Source of the DNA: Azolla caroliniana
Taxonomy: Eukaryota > Plantae > Polypodiophyta
Assembly: GCA_043228905.1 (NCBI GenBank)
Contig: JBHGNT010000012.1
Span: forward strand, 15,748,001-15,812,000
Reading direction: 5' to 3'
Length of the DNA stretch: 64,000 bases
Part shown: positions 1-12,446 of the stretch, one piece after another
Position numbering within the stretch: the stretch's first letter is position 1
How the letters are laid out: every line of letters starts with the position of its first letter
The notes under the pieces: model-generated
Database searches by the model: none
Seen by the model: only the letters and a program-made list of their open reading frames with translations
Told to the model about the DNA's origin: nothing
Program-made: the position numbers and the translations under genes

Positions 1-1753
1 CGACAAGGATTGATAAAGGCAAAGTCACCAAGAGACAAGTCAGAAAAGAGTCGACGACCACCACAGGGGAGGACAACCAGACACCGTCGAAATCCCAATC
101 TGGAGGCGGGACACCTAACAAGACTCCTGATACAGATGGTTCAACTAATACCGATCGACCAACAGAGCTGATCGAAGGATCCGAACCAAACATCTTGGTA
201 CATAGGAGATCTGGACGAGCTCAAAGGCAAACAGAGTTCTACCAACCGGGCCTCAACTACGTCAACTACACGGATGCAAGCGAACCAAGCACCTTTGAAG
301 AAGCTATGTCCGCACCGGACGCCGAAACATGGCTACAAGACATGCAATCCAAAATGGACTCGATTCATCATAATCATAGATGGGAGTTGGTCGAACTACC
401 AATTGGAAGGAAGCCGCTACCTTGCAAATGGGTTTTCCGATACAAGTATGTATACGACTCAGAGAAACCCAAGTACAAAGCTTGGCTTCTCATGAAAGGA
501 TTCAAACAGGAATACGGGGTCGACTACGATGAGATATTCTCACCAGTAGTTAAGATGACCACCCTCCGACTCCTACTAGGAGTTGTCGTGACAGAAGATC
601 TAGAGCTCGAGCAGATGGACATAAAGACGACATTCCTACACAGAGATATGGAAGAAGACATATATATGTCTCAACCGGCAGGCTTCACAGTGACGGGGGA
701 GGACAGTCACCTCGTATGTCGACTAAAGAAAAGTTTATATGGCCTAAAACAAGCGTCGAGAATGTGGTACCAGAAGTTTGACTCCTACATACGGCAACTT
801 GAATACAACAGATTAGACTCCGACCCATGCATGTATGTTCAGCAACTGGCCGATGAGTCAAGGATCTATCTGATCCTATACGTCGACGACATGTTGATTG
901 CAGGAAGCAATCCAGTAGAGATCAGTAAGCTGAAGCGGAGCCTTCACGCAAAGTTCGCGATGAAGGAACTCGGACAAGCCCGACACATACTGGGCATGAG
1001 GATAGCGCAAAATCGGATGACCAAAACTCTCCGACTCTCCCAATCCGAATACGGAATGCGAAGGCAGCACCGACACCGCTTCCGACGTCGATCAGACTAT
1101 CAGATAGAGAATCTCCTACAACGGACAAGGAGAGAAAGCTTAATGGAAAGATACCCTACGCATCGACAGTAGGAAGTATCATGTACGCAATGGTGGCGAC
1201 CCGACCCGACCTAGCCTATGTCGTAGGGCTGGTCAGCCGGTACATGTCAAACCTAGGAAAGAGGCATTGGGAGGCCGTCAAGCACATTCTTAGGTATCTA
1301 AAAGGAACCCTGGATGCACAATTGACTTTCGGACTGACAACCTCAGCCAAAGTCGAAGGCTACACCGAATCCGACTACGTTGTAAACACAGATAATAGGA
1401 AATCGACATCAGGCTACATCGTCACCTATGGTGGCGATGCAATATCATGGAGGTGAAAACTTTAGGAGTGCACGGCTCTATCTACCACAGAAGACGAGTA
1501 CATAGCAACGTCGAAAGCAGCGAAGGAAGCGATCTAGCTACACTGACAGTCTGCCGACTTCGGAACTGCAAGCCGAAACGACCGACCAACGCCGACCATC
1601 TATTGCGACTCACAGAGCGCAATACACCTCATCAACAATCCCATCTATCATCCGAAGACGAAGCACATTGAGGTGCGGTATCATCATATCCGAGAGCTCG
1701 TAAACGAAAAGAAACTCGAAGTCCGGAAGGTTGACACCGGGGTGAACATAGTC
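1..1753 (+). mobile_element. Ty1/copia LTR retrotransposon pol fragment (RT and RNase H), decayed
   Basis: ORFs 195-1172 and 1181-1456 carry copia motifs EPSTFEEAM, CKWVFRYK, QMDIKTTFL, LKKSLYGLKQA, YVDDML, MYAMVATRPDLA and RKSTSGY; frameshifts and stops; ends abruptly after KHIEVRYH...KVDT. Confidence 0.95.
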
Positions 1754-1939
1754 ATCGGCCCGTCATCCGTCTCAAGCAGGAGACCCACCTGATCTCGATC
1801 CCGCGCGTCCACAACTTTCACAAACAACAAGACACGACTCATGTCAAGCACGGCTCTATCCAGTGCCGAGAGCCGCGCGAAGCAGATGCATTCCTCCCTT
1901 TTCCAGGGGTCTCCACCCAACACATGAAATCTCGCTTCG

Positions 1940-2052
1940 ATAGCCAACTGCGGGGCTGTATCGGTCCGATATAGCAGTTCGCGGTCCTTAGTGCCGCTTA
2001 CGTACCGCAGTACGCGTTGCGCACACTGAAGATGCTCCTCGGTAGGTCGCGC
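1940..2052 (-). mobile_element. Short fragment of a different copia RT C-terminus
   Basis: Minus-strand translation RPTEEHLQCAQRVLRYVSGTKDRELLYR matches the copia P..eH..a.krvLRYl.GT motif. Confidence 0.75.
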
Positions 2053-3108
2053 TGTCGTGAAGATTTTCGGCAATAGTGTGAAAATCCCATAAAACGTACG
2101 AAATCGAGTATAAATCACGTAATACAATAATTGTGAAGATAACATTTTTAATATCTAAGTACAAAATGATGGAGGTTTCGAATGCACTTTATTACACGAG
2201 AAATGGACAACTAAATGTCAAGATATGAGGGTATAAAGTTTGTGAAAAGAAAAGAGAAAATTGTGAGATATCCCACATAGGCACGACAAATACGGCTCTC
2301 ATCATATATAAGGTGGAGCAAAAGATATTATCTTTGTGTCTATGTGTGGAGCATAGAGAGTTCAAGGTAACTTGAACTAAGAGTGGAGGTGGCTAGCTAC
2401 TCGTAAAGGGTTTTGGCCAACCAAAACCGGACCGGCGATGGAGCCGGTGATCCGACGGCATCCGACCGCAATCCGGCGGCGGCACCGGTATCGGGCGGCG
2501 GCATCCGGCAACGGTATCCTGCGAGGAACCAGTATCCGGCGACGGTATCCGGCGAACCGACGTCCGGCGACTAGATAAAATAAATGTATAAATATATATA
2601 CATATTTACATATACAAGGAGGGCAAGTATGGATTCGAACCTTGCACCTCCAAGTTAGGAGTCAATTGGCTTACTATTAAGCCATGCTATTTAGTTGAAA
2701 TTATATTTCTATCATTGTACTTTTACATGTAAATTCTCATACATGAGAGCTAAAATGAGTGACATGGTTAGCATGCACCACATGTAATACTTAAGCGCCA
2801 AATGGCAAACATGCAATTTATGCATGTCTTGTACCCTCACATGCATCATATGCATGAGAGCATCTATAAAAGAGGGAAGGGGGAGGAGAAAAAACACGGT
2901 TTTTTGTATGAAAATTAAGAGGAAGAAATTCGTTATCAAATTGATCGTGTAATCTCAACTTCTCTCTTTCCCAATCTATCTTAAGTACTTTCTCGCCAAA
3001 GCTTGTATCGACTCTAAATCCTTCTGGTCCAGAACCCCGGCGGTTCCACCTCACGATCCGCGCGTAGTGACGGATCTTCACGACATAATTAAGTGGTGAA
3101 CCCGACGT
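2053..3108 (+). mobile_element. LTR (about 1033 bp) followed by a tRNA-Trp primer-binding site; internal domain lost
   Basis: 12-bp terminal inverted repeat TGTCGTGAAGAT (2053) / ATCTTCACGACA (3074-3085); TATA-like ctataaaa near 2863; TGGTGAACCCGACGT at 3094-3108 is complementary to the 3' end of plant tRNA-Trp (...ACGTCGGGTTCACCA, recalled sequence). Confidence 0.85.
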
Positions 3109-3174
3109 CCGGCGACTAGATAAAATAAATGTATAAATATATATACATATTTACATATACAAGGAGGGCAAGTA

Positions 3175-3308
3175 TGCTTGGCTAGCAAGCAAAACCGAAC
3201 CTCCTTCCGGTCAAGACCACCAATGAGACGAAATGCACCACTGGAGCTGGTGCATACCGATGTGTGTCAAGTGGACACGAAGTCACATGCAGGATTGCAG
3301 TACTTCGG
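3175..3308 (+). mobile_element. Copia integrase N-terminal fragment, same family as 58005-60032
   Basis: Translates CLASKQNRTSFRSRPPMRRNAPLELVHTDVCQVDTKSHAGLQYF; closely similar to 59621-59739. Confidence 0.9.
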
Positions 3309-3936
3309 GGTCACAATGATACAGTTGGGGTTATATACTTAAGCCCTAAATCGTGAACGTGTTCACACTAAGGATACAAAGTGGAGGGAGTTGGCCTTTT
3401 ATGCCAACAATTTCGATGAGCCCTTTATCGATTCAATGTTTTGTCCATGTTGTTGAGCCATTCCCTTGGTGGATGCGTCATCTACTTCGGTGAACCTTCC
3501 AGGGATGATGAGGTTTGTCTGCTTTGGGAGCCATTCCAAGACCAAGTCTCGTCCTCTTGGGCGAGCCCTTCCAAGACCAAGTCTTGACCTCTTGGACGAG
3601 CCCTTTTGAGTGGATGCCCCATCCCCTTGGCAAGATCCTTCAAGGTCAGGTCAATGCTTTGTCCGCATTTGCTAGCCCTTCTTGGGCCGATACCTTGTTT
3701 AATTTTGTGACACAAAGAAGGGCTTATTTTTTGTCCCCTCTATGGGATGTAAAAGAAGTCGTCTTATTTGTGACAACTTATATGTTTCTTATATAGTTAG
3801 CCCAAAGATATCATCGAGGCTTCAATGGTTTCCCATAGTGGATAGCTAAGTGCTTTATATGTTGAAGTATGATGTGGTCTTTGTCATTGGGAATTGACAC
3901 TTCCAATCATTCATTTAGGCAACTATTATCACAAGA

Positions 3937-3937
<1 letters not shown>

Positions 3938-3972
<35 letters not shown>

Positions 3973-4003
3973 ATGTGTGTGTGTGTGCGTGTGTGTGTGT
4001 GTG
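3938..4003. repeat. (GT)n microsatellite
   Basis: Seen directly. Confidence 0.95.
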
Positions 4004-4927
4004 AAACGCAAGCGGGATCGGGGGGATCTCGAACCGAACAGAATGGGGTTCACTCAAGTTGTAGGCTTTGGGACCCTCATAATTGAGGGTTATGGTGGGT
4101 TAGAACTTCCTCTATATATTCTTGATAGACCTTAAAAATGCTCGTTTTTCTTGTGTGTGTGTGTGTGAACATGAGGGAATGTGCTAATATCTATATACAT
4201 GTTTGAGTGCATATGCTAGTTTATCCCGTATGCGTATGTTAATTTATCACCTAGGTTTAAATAGTAATGAAAGTACAGTTATTAACACATTACTTTTATG
4301 CAAAGGATTAAATTATATGCATTTATGTCTTCCTGCATAATTTTAATTGCATTAAGGTATATGTAAATATATACATGTGTGTATGTTTCACTTATTTGTG
4401 GGTTATGTTTGTGCAAGTGCTTGTGTAAGGTAGAGGAATATCTATATGTGTGTACAAGTGTAAAGCATTGGGTGGAAATGGGGGTATTTAAGGAAATGGG
4501 AAAGAAAAGGTATATTTTGTGTGGGTAGGTTTTTTTATATTTTTATTTTCTAGGGTTCAAGTCAAAGGTTTGGGAATAGATAACGTGGGCAAGTGACATC
4601 ACTTGCCTATGTTGAGGCAGTTGATGGCAAAGTGGTGGCAGAGAGTAGTAGCAACAACAAAGAGATTGGCGGATGCATTGTCTCTTAAAGTAGTCGAAAC
4701 TTGGAGGAGGCTCCTCATCTCGAGTTGAAAGATTGAGTCACGAGCTTTCCTCGAGGCTTGACACCTTTACAAGTAGTGTCAAGGAGATTTCTTGAATGCG
4801 AGGGTGCTTTCCTCAAATTGAGGGCAGCCCCTTTACATGTAGCATTTGACGAATTTTTCCTCGAATAAGGAATTTCCTTGAATGCCACGTGGCACTCAAG
4901 GTTAAAATTTTGTCTCTTCTTATCGAA

Positions 4928-4990
4928 CATCGTCTAGTGGATGGGATGTTGACTTTGATCAATGTGGCAGGTTCGACTCCCAACTATTGA
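4928..4990 (+). other. tRNA-derived/SINE-like Pol III internal promoter relic
   Basis: A-box-like TCGTCTAGTGG (4930-4940) and B-box GGTTCGACTCC (4970-4980) at tRNA-like spacing; no complete cloverleaf. Confidence 0.5.
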
Positions 4991-5849
4991 AATTTCTATT
5001 TCCTCGCAGCTTTTTGTTCGGACCTCGAATTTGTGTTCTGAAATTTCTTGCAACCCTTGTGGTGACCTCTTTGTGCCGGCACTCAAAACCCTCCGGTATG
5101 AAATTCTGGGACTTGGTTCTTGTCAAATTTGAGTAAATTTCTCATATCTTCACACTCGGTGCTCAGACTTGTAATCCGAAAAGTTTGGCATGAGCCTTGT
5201 TCAATCACAATTTACACTAGATAGTAAGATTACTAGAAATAACTCTATATGGATTTTAAAATAACATATTACTTCTAAAGTTCACAAGTTACAACCTTGA
5301 TTACATACAACGAGATGAAACCTCAACTCCCCTACATAGAGTGGTTTATATGGCAATAAATAGGTAAAATAGAAGTTTAAGTGAATATCAAGAAGCTTCA
5401 AGAGGGGATCCTCAAATTCAATTTAATGAACCCACAAAGCACAACTTTGTCGCCTTCTGCCATCATCGATCTTGAATGCCCTCTTCATTTGCAATGTTTT
5501 GCCTACACTTACACTTGTACCAAAATTCCATAAGCACCCCAAACCCTAAACCATTTGCAAAATCAAAGTCATCAACTTCCATAGTTTTTAAGTTTTTTGG
5601 CATAATATGCATTCAAATAGTAACAGCTCTCTATAAAACATCAAACACTTCAATTGCATTTGAAATCCATCAAAATTATAGATTCTCTTGTATAAGTTGG
5701 GTGACAAACAAAACAACATTCATATTATTCTTGATAAACTTTCAATAGAAATTTGCAAATTCCACAATGTACATGGTGCTTGGTAGTTTGTAACAATTTG
5801 AACTTTTGGTGGTTCTGTACAGACACCTAGAACAAGTACATGTTCTAGA

Positions 5850-6450
5850 AATTCCACTCGGTTGAATTTGAAACAACACTTCTCTAATTAAGCATAGATA
5901 TCTTCTCGCATCTACATGACTCGACGAACATGGGCATCATCTCTTCATGAGCATTTGAATCAATCAAAATGTCATCTAGATAAACTCTCAAGCTGTCTTT
6001 AATGTCTCCAAAAGTACACTTTTCAATATGTGAAAAAGTTCTTGGTGAATTCACAAGATTGGAAGGCATAACCGTACTTGAGATGTTCACATCAACAAAA
6101 CGCCAAATGTTTTCTTCTATTTATCCCCTATTCAAATACGAGCACGATTTTTTCAAAGATTTAGTCCATTAACCAAAAGACTTTCAAATAGTGACGTTCT
6201 AACTTCAACCCTTGCCATTCTCAAGAGATCACAATGAAAGTACAGAACATTGAAGACCATTAATGACCATATAAGGATCTTCATTTCTCCTACTCAAAGT
6301 TTGATCGAAGGTTTAGGAGGATTTCATGTAGAGAGATTGACCGCACTTCAATGTCGAGGTGTTCAAGCAAGTTGCACATACAATGGAACAAAAGAGCCAA
6401 TAATAAGACCATGGGAGACTCACCCCATTGATCATATTTGACCTCTGATT
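5850..6450 (-). mobile_element. Highly decayed Ty3/gypsy RT relic
   Basis: ORF 5884-6090 contains LRVYLDDILIDSNAHEE (gypsy VYLDDILIYS...EEH motif); boundaries approximate. Confidence 0.55.
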
Positions 6451-6797
6451 ATGATATGCGAGAAATGTTTCGATTTGGGCAGTAAGAAAACCTACTTCTC
6501 CAACTCACCTTGACAAGTGCAGCTTTAATGTTCTTTAGGAAGTACAACTTTTTTTAATCACAAACTGTAGGATTTACAGCACCTTTTCACAATTGGCTTC
6601 TCCAAGCATTTCAACGATTGACAAAAGTATGGACAATGACCAAACCTCTTGAGTTTTCAGCCATCTCACAGGTCTGTTCAAGATTCTGAACTGGTCTTTT
6701 GACCCCAACCTGAATAAAAACTAACCCAAAAGATGCAAAAAAAATGTCTTTATCTTCATTTTGTGTTGAAAAACAGGAAGATTCAGATGCATTGGAG

Positions 6798-8422
6798 CTA
6801 TCTGGCCGTAAAAATGGGCACAGCATCCGCAGTTGGTTGTGTGCGCCTCGTAAATTTTAGGAGCAAGGCTTCCACTGATTTCCCCGGAGCTTTAATGTCA
6901 CTAAACAATTACACAAATAAAAGAAGTCTAAATAAAAACCAAGTTTTTAACATGTAGAAAGATATATTAGAACCATAAACCAACAAATGCAATGTGGGTT
7001 CGGGGAGATGCTATCACTTAAAAATTCGGTAAATTTTATGAGCTTTGCCAGTCAAATTTCTTGTTATTCCATGCAGAGAAATGGAACTATTATTAGTTAT
7101 GTATTGATTTCTATAGATAAATATTTCCACCAACACTAACCTGACATAAGGCTCTAAATCTTGCCACTCCCACCTAGATCTCTCCTTGAAAAGTGCTGCA
7201 AATCTCTCAGCCGGATTCGTGGGCAAAGCCGACACAGGAAAATGCCGAAGCCACATTTCGGACCCCATCCTTTCGGTAAGAGCCTCCCCTTTAAGCATGT
7301 CCAAATGCACGTTCATTTCCAATGGGACATTCTCACGCCATGCATCAAGGAAGTCACTGAGCTTCCATTTCGAACCCGATGACAGCAATTGCTTGGCATG
7401 ATGAAGGCATACAAGCCGTTGGTCGAGTTCCCACACACTACTGCTACTACTGACATGTGTGGATAGAGACCCAGTGTCCGATAGAGGTACGTGTGGTACG
7501 AGACCCACATTCTCAGGGTCCAATGAGACTTCTCCGGGTGTGAAACCGGACACTTTCCGTCCAAATGTATCGAGGCAATGCATCACTATTTGAGAAGAAA
7601 AGCCATCGTTCTTCAAGACCTCGATGACCTGAGCCTCATCAAGGGATCGGATCGACCAATCGTGTTGCACCGAATTGAGAAGTATAAGGTCGAGGGTGCT
7701 TCTCAATAGGGCTTCATCGGAAATTCGCCAGATTTTCCCAATCTGGAAAGCCGATAGTGTCTTGAGACCTTCACGGAGCTCTGTCTCACTCATCTGAACA
7801 CGGTCTAATAAATCCTCAAATGTGAAGAAACCATCACATCTTTCATCATCATTACCATTGCCATTATCAATACCATGGCCATTAACATTGCCATTTTCAT
7901 TGTCATTGTCATCATTCATGTTTTCTTCTTTGTATGGCCTCATATTTAGCAATGATTTTAGGGTTTCAAGGTCAGGAACAATTTCGGCAAGTTCTAGGTG
8001 GCCATTTACTGATGCCATGGCTCTTAAGGTCTGTGAAGGATTACCATTTCCATTAGGTTTTTGGCAAGGAGATGGTGGCATGATCAAAACTGTGTTAGAA
8101 GTCATCACAAATTTGATGGAATATGTACGATCAGATGTACATAGCACCGCTTCATCGTTCAAATTTCCTCTGATAACAACCCTAATAAACGATGACAAAA
8201 GAAAGGGAAGAAAAGAATGAAGGAATGAATGAAACGAAATAACAAATGTAAAAACTGAAGGAAGGAAGGAATGAAGAGAGATTCTTACCCTTTATCCATT
8301 ATCTCATTCAGTAAGCTTTCGTCCACTTCTAAAAGCTTCAAATCTTCTGATCCAAAACCTTCTTGGTAGCCTATTTCAGCTGTTGAACCTACAGCCATGT
8401 TAATTATAGATTCAATCTCCAT
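6798..8422 (-). CDS. DCC1: Sister chromatid cohesion protein DCC1 (Ctf18-RFC subunit); exons 8422-8289, 8181-7141, 6900-6798; 425 aa
   Basis: GT-AG introns join in frame (1278 nt). Motifs DLKLLEVDE, VVIRG..DEAVLCTSDRTYSIKFV.TSNT, VQMSETEL, LP..PAERFAALFKERSRWEWQDLEPY and EALLLKFTRRTQP match plant DCC1. Confidence 0.95.
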
Positions 8423-8449
8423 GGTAACACAGAAAGAGAAAATTGTCAA

Positions 8450-8870
8450 AGCCCTAATCCCAATTCGAAAGAGATGTGAGTCAAAGTATAACCCTAAACC
8501 TAACCCTAATTTGGCAGAGGTCCATGTGCTCAGTGCTACCCTAACTCTAACCCTGATTCGGGAGAGACTTCATGGTCAGGTAACGAAACCCTAAGGTTGG
8601 CCAAAAAATCGATGTGGACTTATGCCATGAACCCTACTTGAGCTGAGCTACTCTGCAAGAAATGATCTGCAATAAACCCTAATCTGGCAGAGCTCTCTTC
8701 CACAGTGATGGCTAACCCTAATTTCAGATACACAGCCCCAAGTGGAGGGAAAACCAAGCGGTCGGGTTCACACTTGGGCGGACAAAAAATGCAAACCATC
8801 ATCATGTGTCCAGTCCGGGTTCACACTTGGGCGGACAAAAAATGCAAACCATCATCATGCGTTTGGCGCT
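8450..8870 (-). promoter_or_regulatory. DCC1 5'UTR/promoter with telo-boxes and an E2F-type site
   Basis: AAACCCTAA at 8586-8594 and 8674-8682 plus several degenerate copies; TTTGGCGC (E2F consensus TTTSSCGC) at 8862-8869, which fits an S-phase gene. Confidence 0.5.
8763..8859. repeat. Perfect 44-bp direct duplication (period 53)
   Basis: cgggttcacacttgggcggacaaaaaatgcaaaccatcatcatg at 8763-8806 and 8816-8859. Confidence 0.95.
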
Positions 8871-9143
8871 ACATTACGACGGCTCGTCAGCTTTCACCTG
8901 AGCAGACTCTTGGACTTTGCCAGTTTCCTTCCGTCCGTCTGCTCAATTCCACTGTGCTCACTCTTCTGCATTGCTTGATTCCTCGTACCCAAGAAAGGGC
9001 GCATTTCGTAGACAACAACAAGTTCTTCAAGCCTGTGGACTAGAAACCCGCCAACTTCTCGGACCAAAGCAGAGCTGAAAGGGTGCATTTGAAGACTTCT
9101 AGAGGTGGAGGAAATAATCAGAGTAAAAGAACTTTCGAGGAAG

Positions 9144-10260
9144 TGTTAAGAGTCTAACTAATTAGTTTAACAAAACATAAGGATTTATAGACCAAAGAAA
9201 GGAACGAGATGTTTGCCAAACCACACGACCACCCCTTAGCAACAGTGTGAGACGGACTAGAACCCCCTCGATGTCCTGTACAATCAAAGGTTGATGCGAA
9301 TCGTACTTTGAGTTCCGAGGGGATCACACATGCTTAGTTAACAAAAGTCATAACTACACTGTTATAGTATCAAATTAAGCCAAGCCCCCTTGATAAGAAG
9401 GTAGCTAACCTTCTTATATAGGCAGGAACCCTAGCCCCTAGTATGTTCAGATTTGCCGAACCCTAGCCCTAAATGTACTCACCATAAGATTAGGAAAACT
9501 AGGGAAAACCTATCTCATGATTAGTTATGGTTATGCACATTTTAAAAGATTTCACTCTTGCAACAACTATTTGAGGAAAGTGTGTTTTGATGTGTTTTAC
9601 CAACTAAAAGGTTGATCAATTAGGCAAGTAAACCAATCCATTTGAGAAATGTTGAAAGGTCTATAAACTTGTGGGGCTAATTTAACCCACTTACTTGTAG
9701 ATAAAGTCTTAGAGTTTAAATTTACACATATACCACTTGTCTAGTGTTAAATACACGAGGTTGTTAATGCTTGTAGGCATTAAATCATGCTCCGAGTTGA
9801 GCAATAGTAACTTGTCTCGTGATATAAAACATATGTTTACATATCCCTCAGCTAAATTTTATAATGTATAACTCATGACAATGAATGGTAACATTAATTG
9901 ATGCTCAAGGTGAAAATAGTACATCAACATTGTCGAGAATCAAGCTCAACCCATCCGAGTGTGTAAACACACTGGAGAGTTACACACCGCCACTATGTAA
10001 TATAACTCCTATGACACATAGTGAATGCGATTCCCCCCTCCCCAAGATTCTAGAGAGTGAGTGAGTGGTTTAGTGAGAGGGTGACCTTCTATAAAGCACC
10101 CACATCCTACCTTGTAAAGTGTCGATCAAGCTCCCTTGTCGTGCTCATTATTTTTGTTTAGTTGTTCTCTACGTCTTGTTAATATACATCTTGAGTATTT
10201 CATTTTCCTATCTATCTTGTATGTCTCCTCGTTCACACACACATAACACACATCTTTAAC
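9144..10260 (+). mobile_element. Possible old solo LTR
   Basis: Begins TGTTAAG and ends ...CTTTAAC; TATA-like ctataaa near 10089 followed by a pyrimidine-rich tail; no TSD found. Confidence 0.3.
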
Positions 10261-10699
10261 CTACTCCGCTGCATAGGATTACACTCAATTCTTTACAAAT
10301 ATCAAATGACTATATCTAATCAATGTATATCTAAAGAAAACTCCATAGTAGGAAGTTATCATTTCCAAACACTTGAAACATATCCTCATTAATTTGAACA
10401 CTTGTTCTATTAGTCCACTAGACTAAGGTTGGTCTATAGAGCCTATGCTCAAGGTAGTTTCTAGTTCCAAAATGAAAAATTTAACCAAAGAATTCACTAG
10501 TAACTGGAAATCTTTGTTACTCATCACATGTTTTGGCAACTTGACAATGGTGACATTTAGTCACAATAATCATTAATATTATGTGAAAAAGAAATGAGTA
10601 GAGAGGATAACAAGTGTACGACATATTCCAAGATGACTTAGTAATGAGGGTGCAAAACAAATTCTTATTTTCACCTTAGACAAATTTGGAACGCAAACT

Positions 10700-12043
10700 G
10701 TTAGCAATGTGGAAGGTTCCCTTCAACAATGGTTAATAACATCTATAATAAATTCGGCTCTTACCCAATATTTTTAAAAGAGATTATCATCAAGGTACTT
10801 TCCTCGAAGGTGATCATAAAGATCAAAATGCTAATGAAGTTAATCCAATTAGCCTCATGAATATGACTTAAAGCATTAACAAATGTATTAATAAAACATT
10901 TTAATCTATTTAATGGAAAATCAAAGTCCTTAATGAGGTTCGCCCATTGTGCCATACGATTAATGAGGTTCCATTGGTCATAGAATATTTCAAGCATTGT
11001 CGGTTCGTAGTTACCTAAAAATGATTTTCCATATAAGTTGTATCTCCCTATTTCCTTGTGCATTCTAAATCTCAAATAGGTTTGTTCATGAATTATGTAT
11101 TGATAATGAGTAGAAGAAATGTCCTACTCTCAAATTTAGGCAATTTAGATCAAGGAGATGGTCACACATGTTCTTAAGGTATGATTAATGAAGTTAATCA
11201 AGTCAACCTCGTGAATAAGACTTAAAGCATTAACAAATGTATTGATAAATCATTTTATGCTATCTAATGGAAAATCAAAGTCCTTAATGAGCTTTGCCGA
11301 TTGTGCCATACAACTAATGAGCTTCCACTGGTCACAAAATATATGTTGCTTCCATGCACATCACGGAATGTATCTACAAAATCGATGGAGTTATGCCTCC
11401 CGTAAATGTCGTTAGCCTTGAGTCCAGACTGACGTATACCCTTTTGATAGCGAATCGGGCAAAGGTGGTTGTTGAGCTACTAGCTTGCTTAGCATTTACC
11501 TATTAGTACTTAATCTCTCTCCCTTGCTTTACTCTCTCTTACATAAAGAAGATATATTATCATTAACATCGGTTCTTAATACAAAGAGGAGGAGATTAGG
11601 GTTCAACTCACTTAGTTCTTAACCCTAATCTCACTTAACTCTAATGAAGGATTAATGAGAGAGAAGAGGAGCTCTCAATGTACTACTAGAAAAGGAGAAA
11701 CCCCAAGAATGAAGGAGCTCAAAAGTTACCAAAAGGTGGCTATTATAGCTTTTTACAACACAAGTATCTTCCTTTCACATTAGGTTGCCCAATGGCCTAC
11801 ATCGTTCTCTCTTTGGTTTGTTCCATCATCCTTTTTACTAAGGTTGGTTGAGCTCAATCTCTCTTTTTGGCACCACAATCTCCACAACCGGTGTGTCGAG
11901 TGTTGGATACTTAATAGGATATTTTAAGGATTGTTGGTTTGTAGTTACCCAAAAATGATTCCCATATAGGTACTATCTCCATATTTCCTTGTGTATTCTA
12001 AATCTCAAATAAGTATGTTCATGAACTATACACAAATAATTAG
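10700..12043 (-). mobile_element. Decayed gypsy RNase H relic present twice in tandem
   Basis: Minus-strand KEIWR/GRY.LYG..F...DQWNLINRMAQWANLIKDFDF resembles the gypsy WRHYL.G..F...Q..L..RQARW..DFDF motif; 10830-11110 is repeated at 11185-11340 plus 11917-12040. Confidence 0.6.
11344..11916. mobile_element. Putative solo LTR interrupting the second gypsy relic copy
   Basis: Insertion relative to the first copy; starts TGTTG and ends TTAATA (decayed TAACA); TSD imperfect. Confidence 0.5.
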
Positions 12044-12446
12044 TAACAATCGGCAACAGTTCGGTTTGAACCGAACCGAACCGCAAACTGTGGTTGAACA
12101 GTTTAAACGGTTCGCTTCGTTTTTTTAAACGGCTCTGTCCGGGTTCAACTATTAGAAACCACGGTTTAAATGGTTTGACGGTTTTTTCTTCTTTTTTTAA
12201 TTTAAGACAATCTTTTTTCATTTTCAAGCCTTATTCTCACATTTTAGGATAATATTTAAAATTTTGAAAATTTAAAATAATGAAATATTTTAATTTTTGA
12301 ATTTTGACCTAAGTTGAAAACCGAAGCTACGCCGCAATTTTAATGGTTTGAATTTTAAAAATTGGTTTGGTTCGGTTCAAGTTTCAAAACTTTTAAACAG
12401 TTTGGTTTTGACACTCTCAAATCGAATTGAACCATTGCTGATTTTA
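12044..12446. mobile_element. hAT-type MITE rich in AACCG/CGGTT subterminal motifs
   Basis: Imperfect TIRs taacaatcggcaacagttc / gaaccattgctgatttta; 8-bp TSD ATAATTAG/ATAAGTAG (7/8); related ends at 26130-26169 and 27461-27650. Confidence 0.8.

Noticed and set aside
4928-4990. Functional tRNA gene (also considered for 2615-2692 and 49456-49530)
   Set aside because: A/B boxes are present but acceptor and anticodon stems do not form; treated as tRNA-derived relics.
7014-8198. Single-exon 394-aa ORF as the DCC1 model
   Set aside because: Both ends of the ORF run into introns; the spliced three-exon model restores the conserved N- and C-termini.
8762-8776. Similarity of tcgggttcacactt to the reverse complement of the Trp PBS
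   Set aside because: Imperfect, with no adjacent LTR end; likely coincidence.
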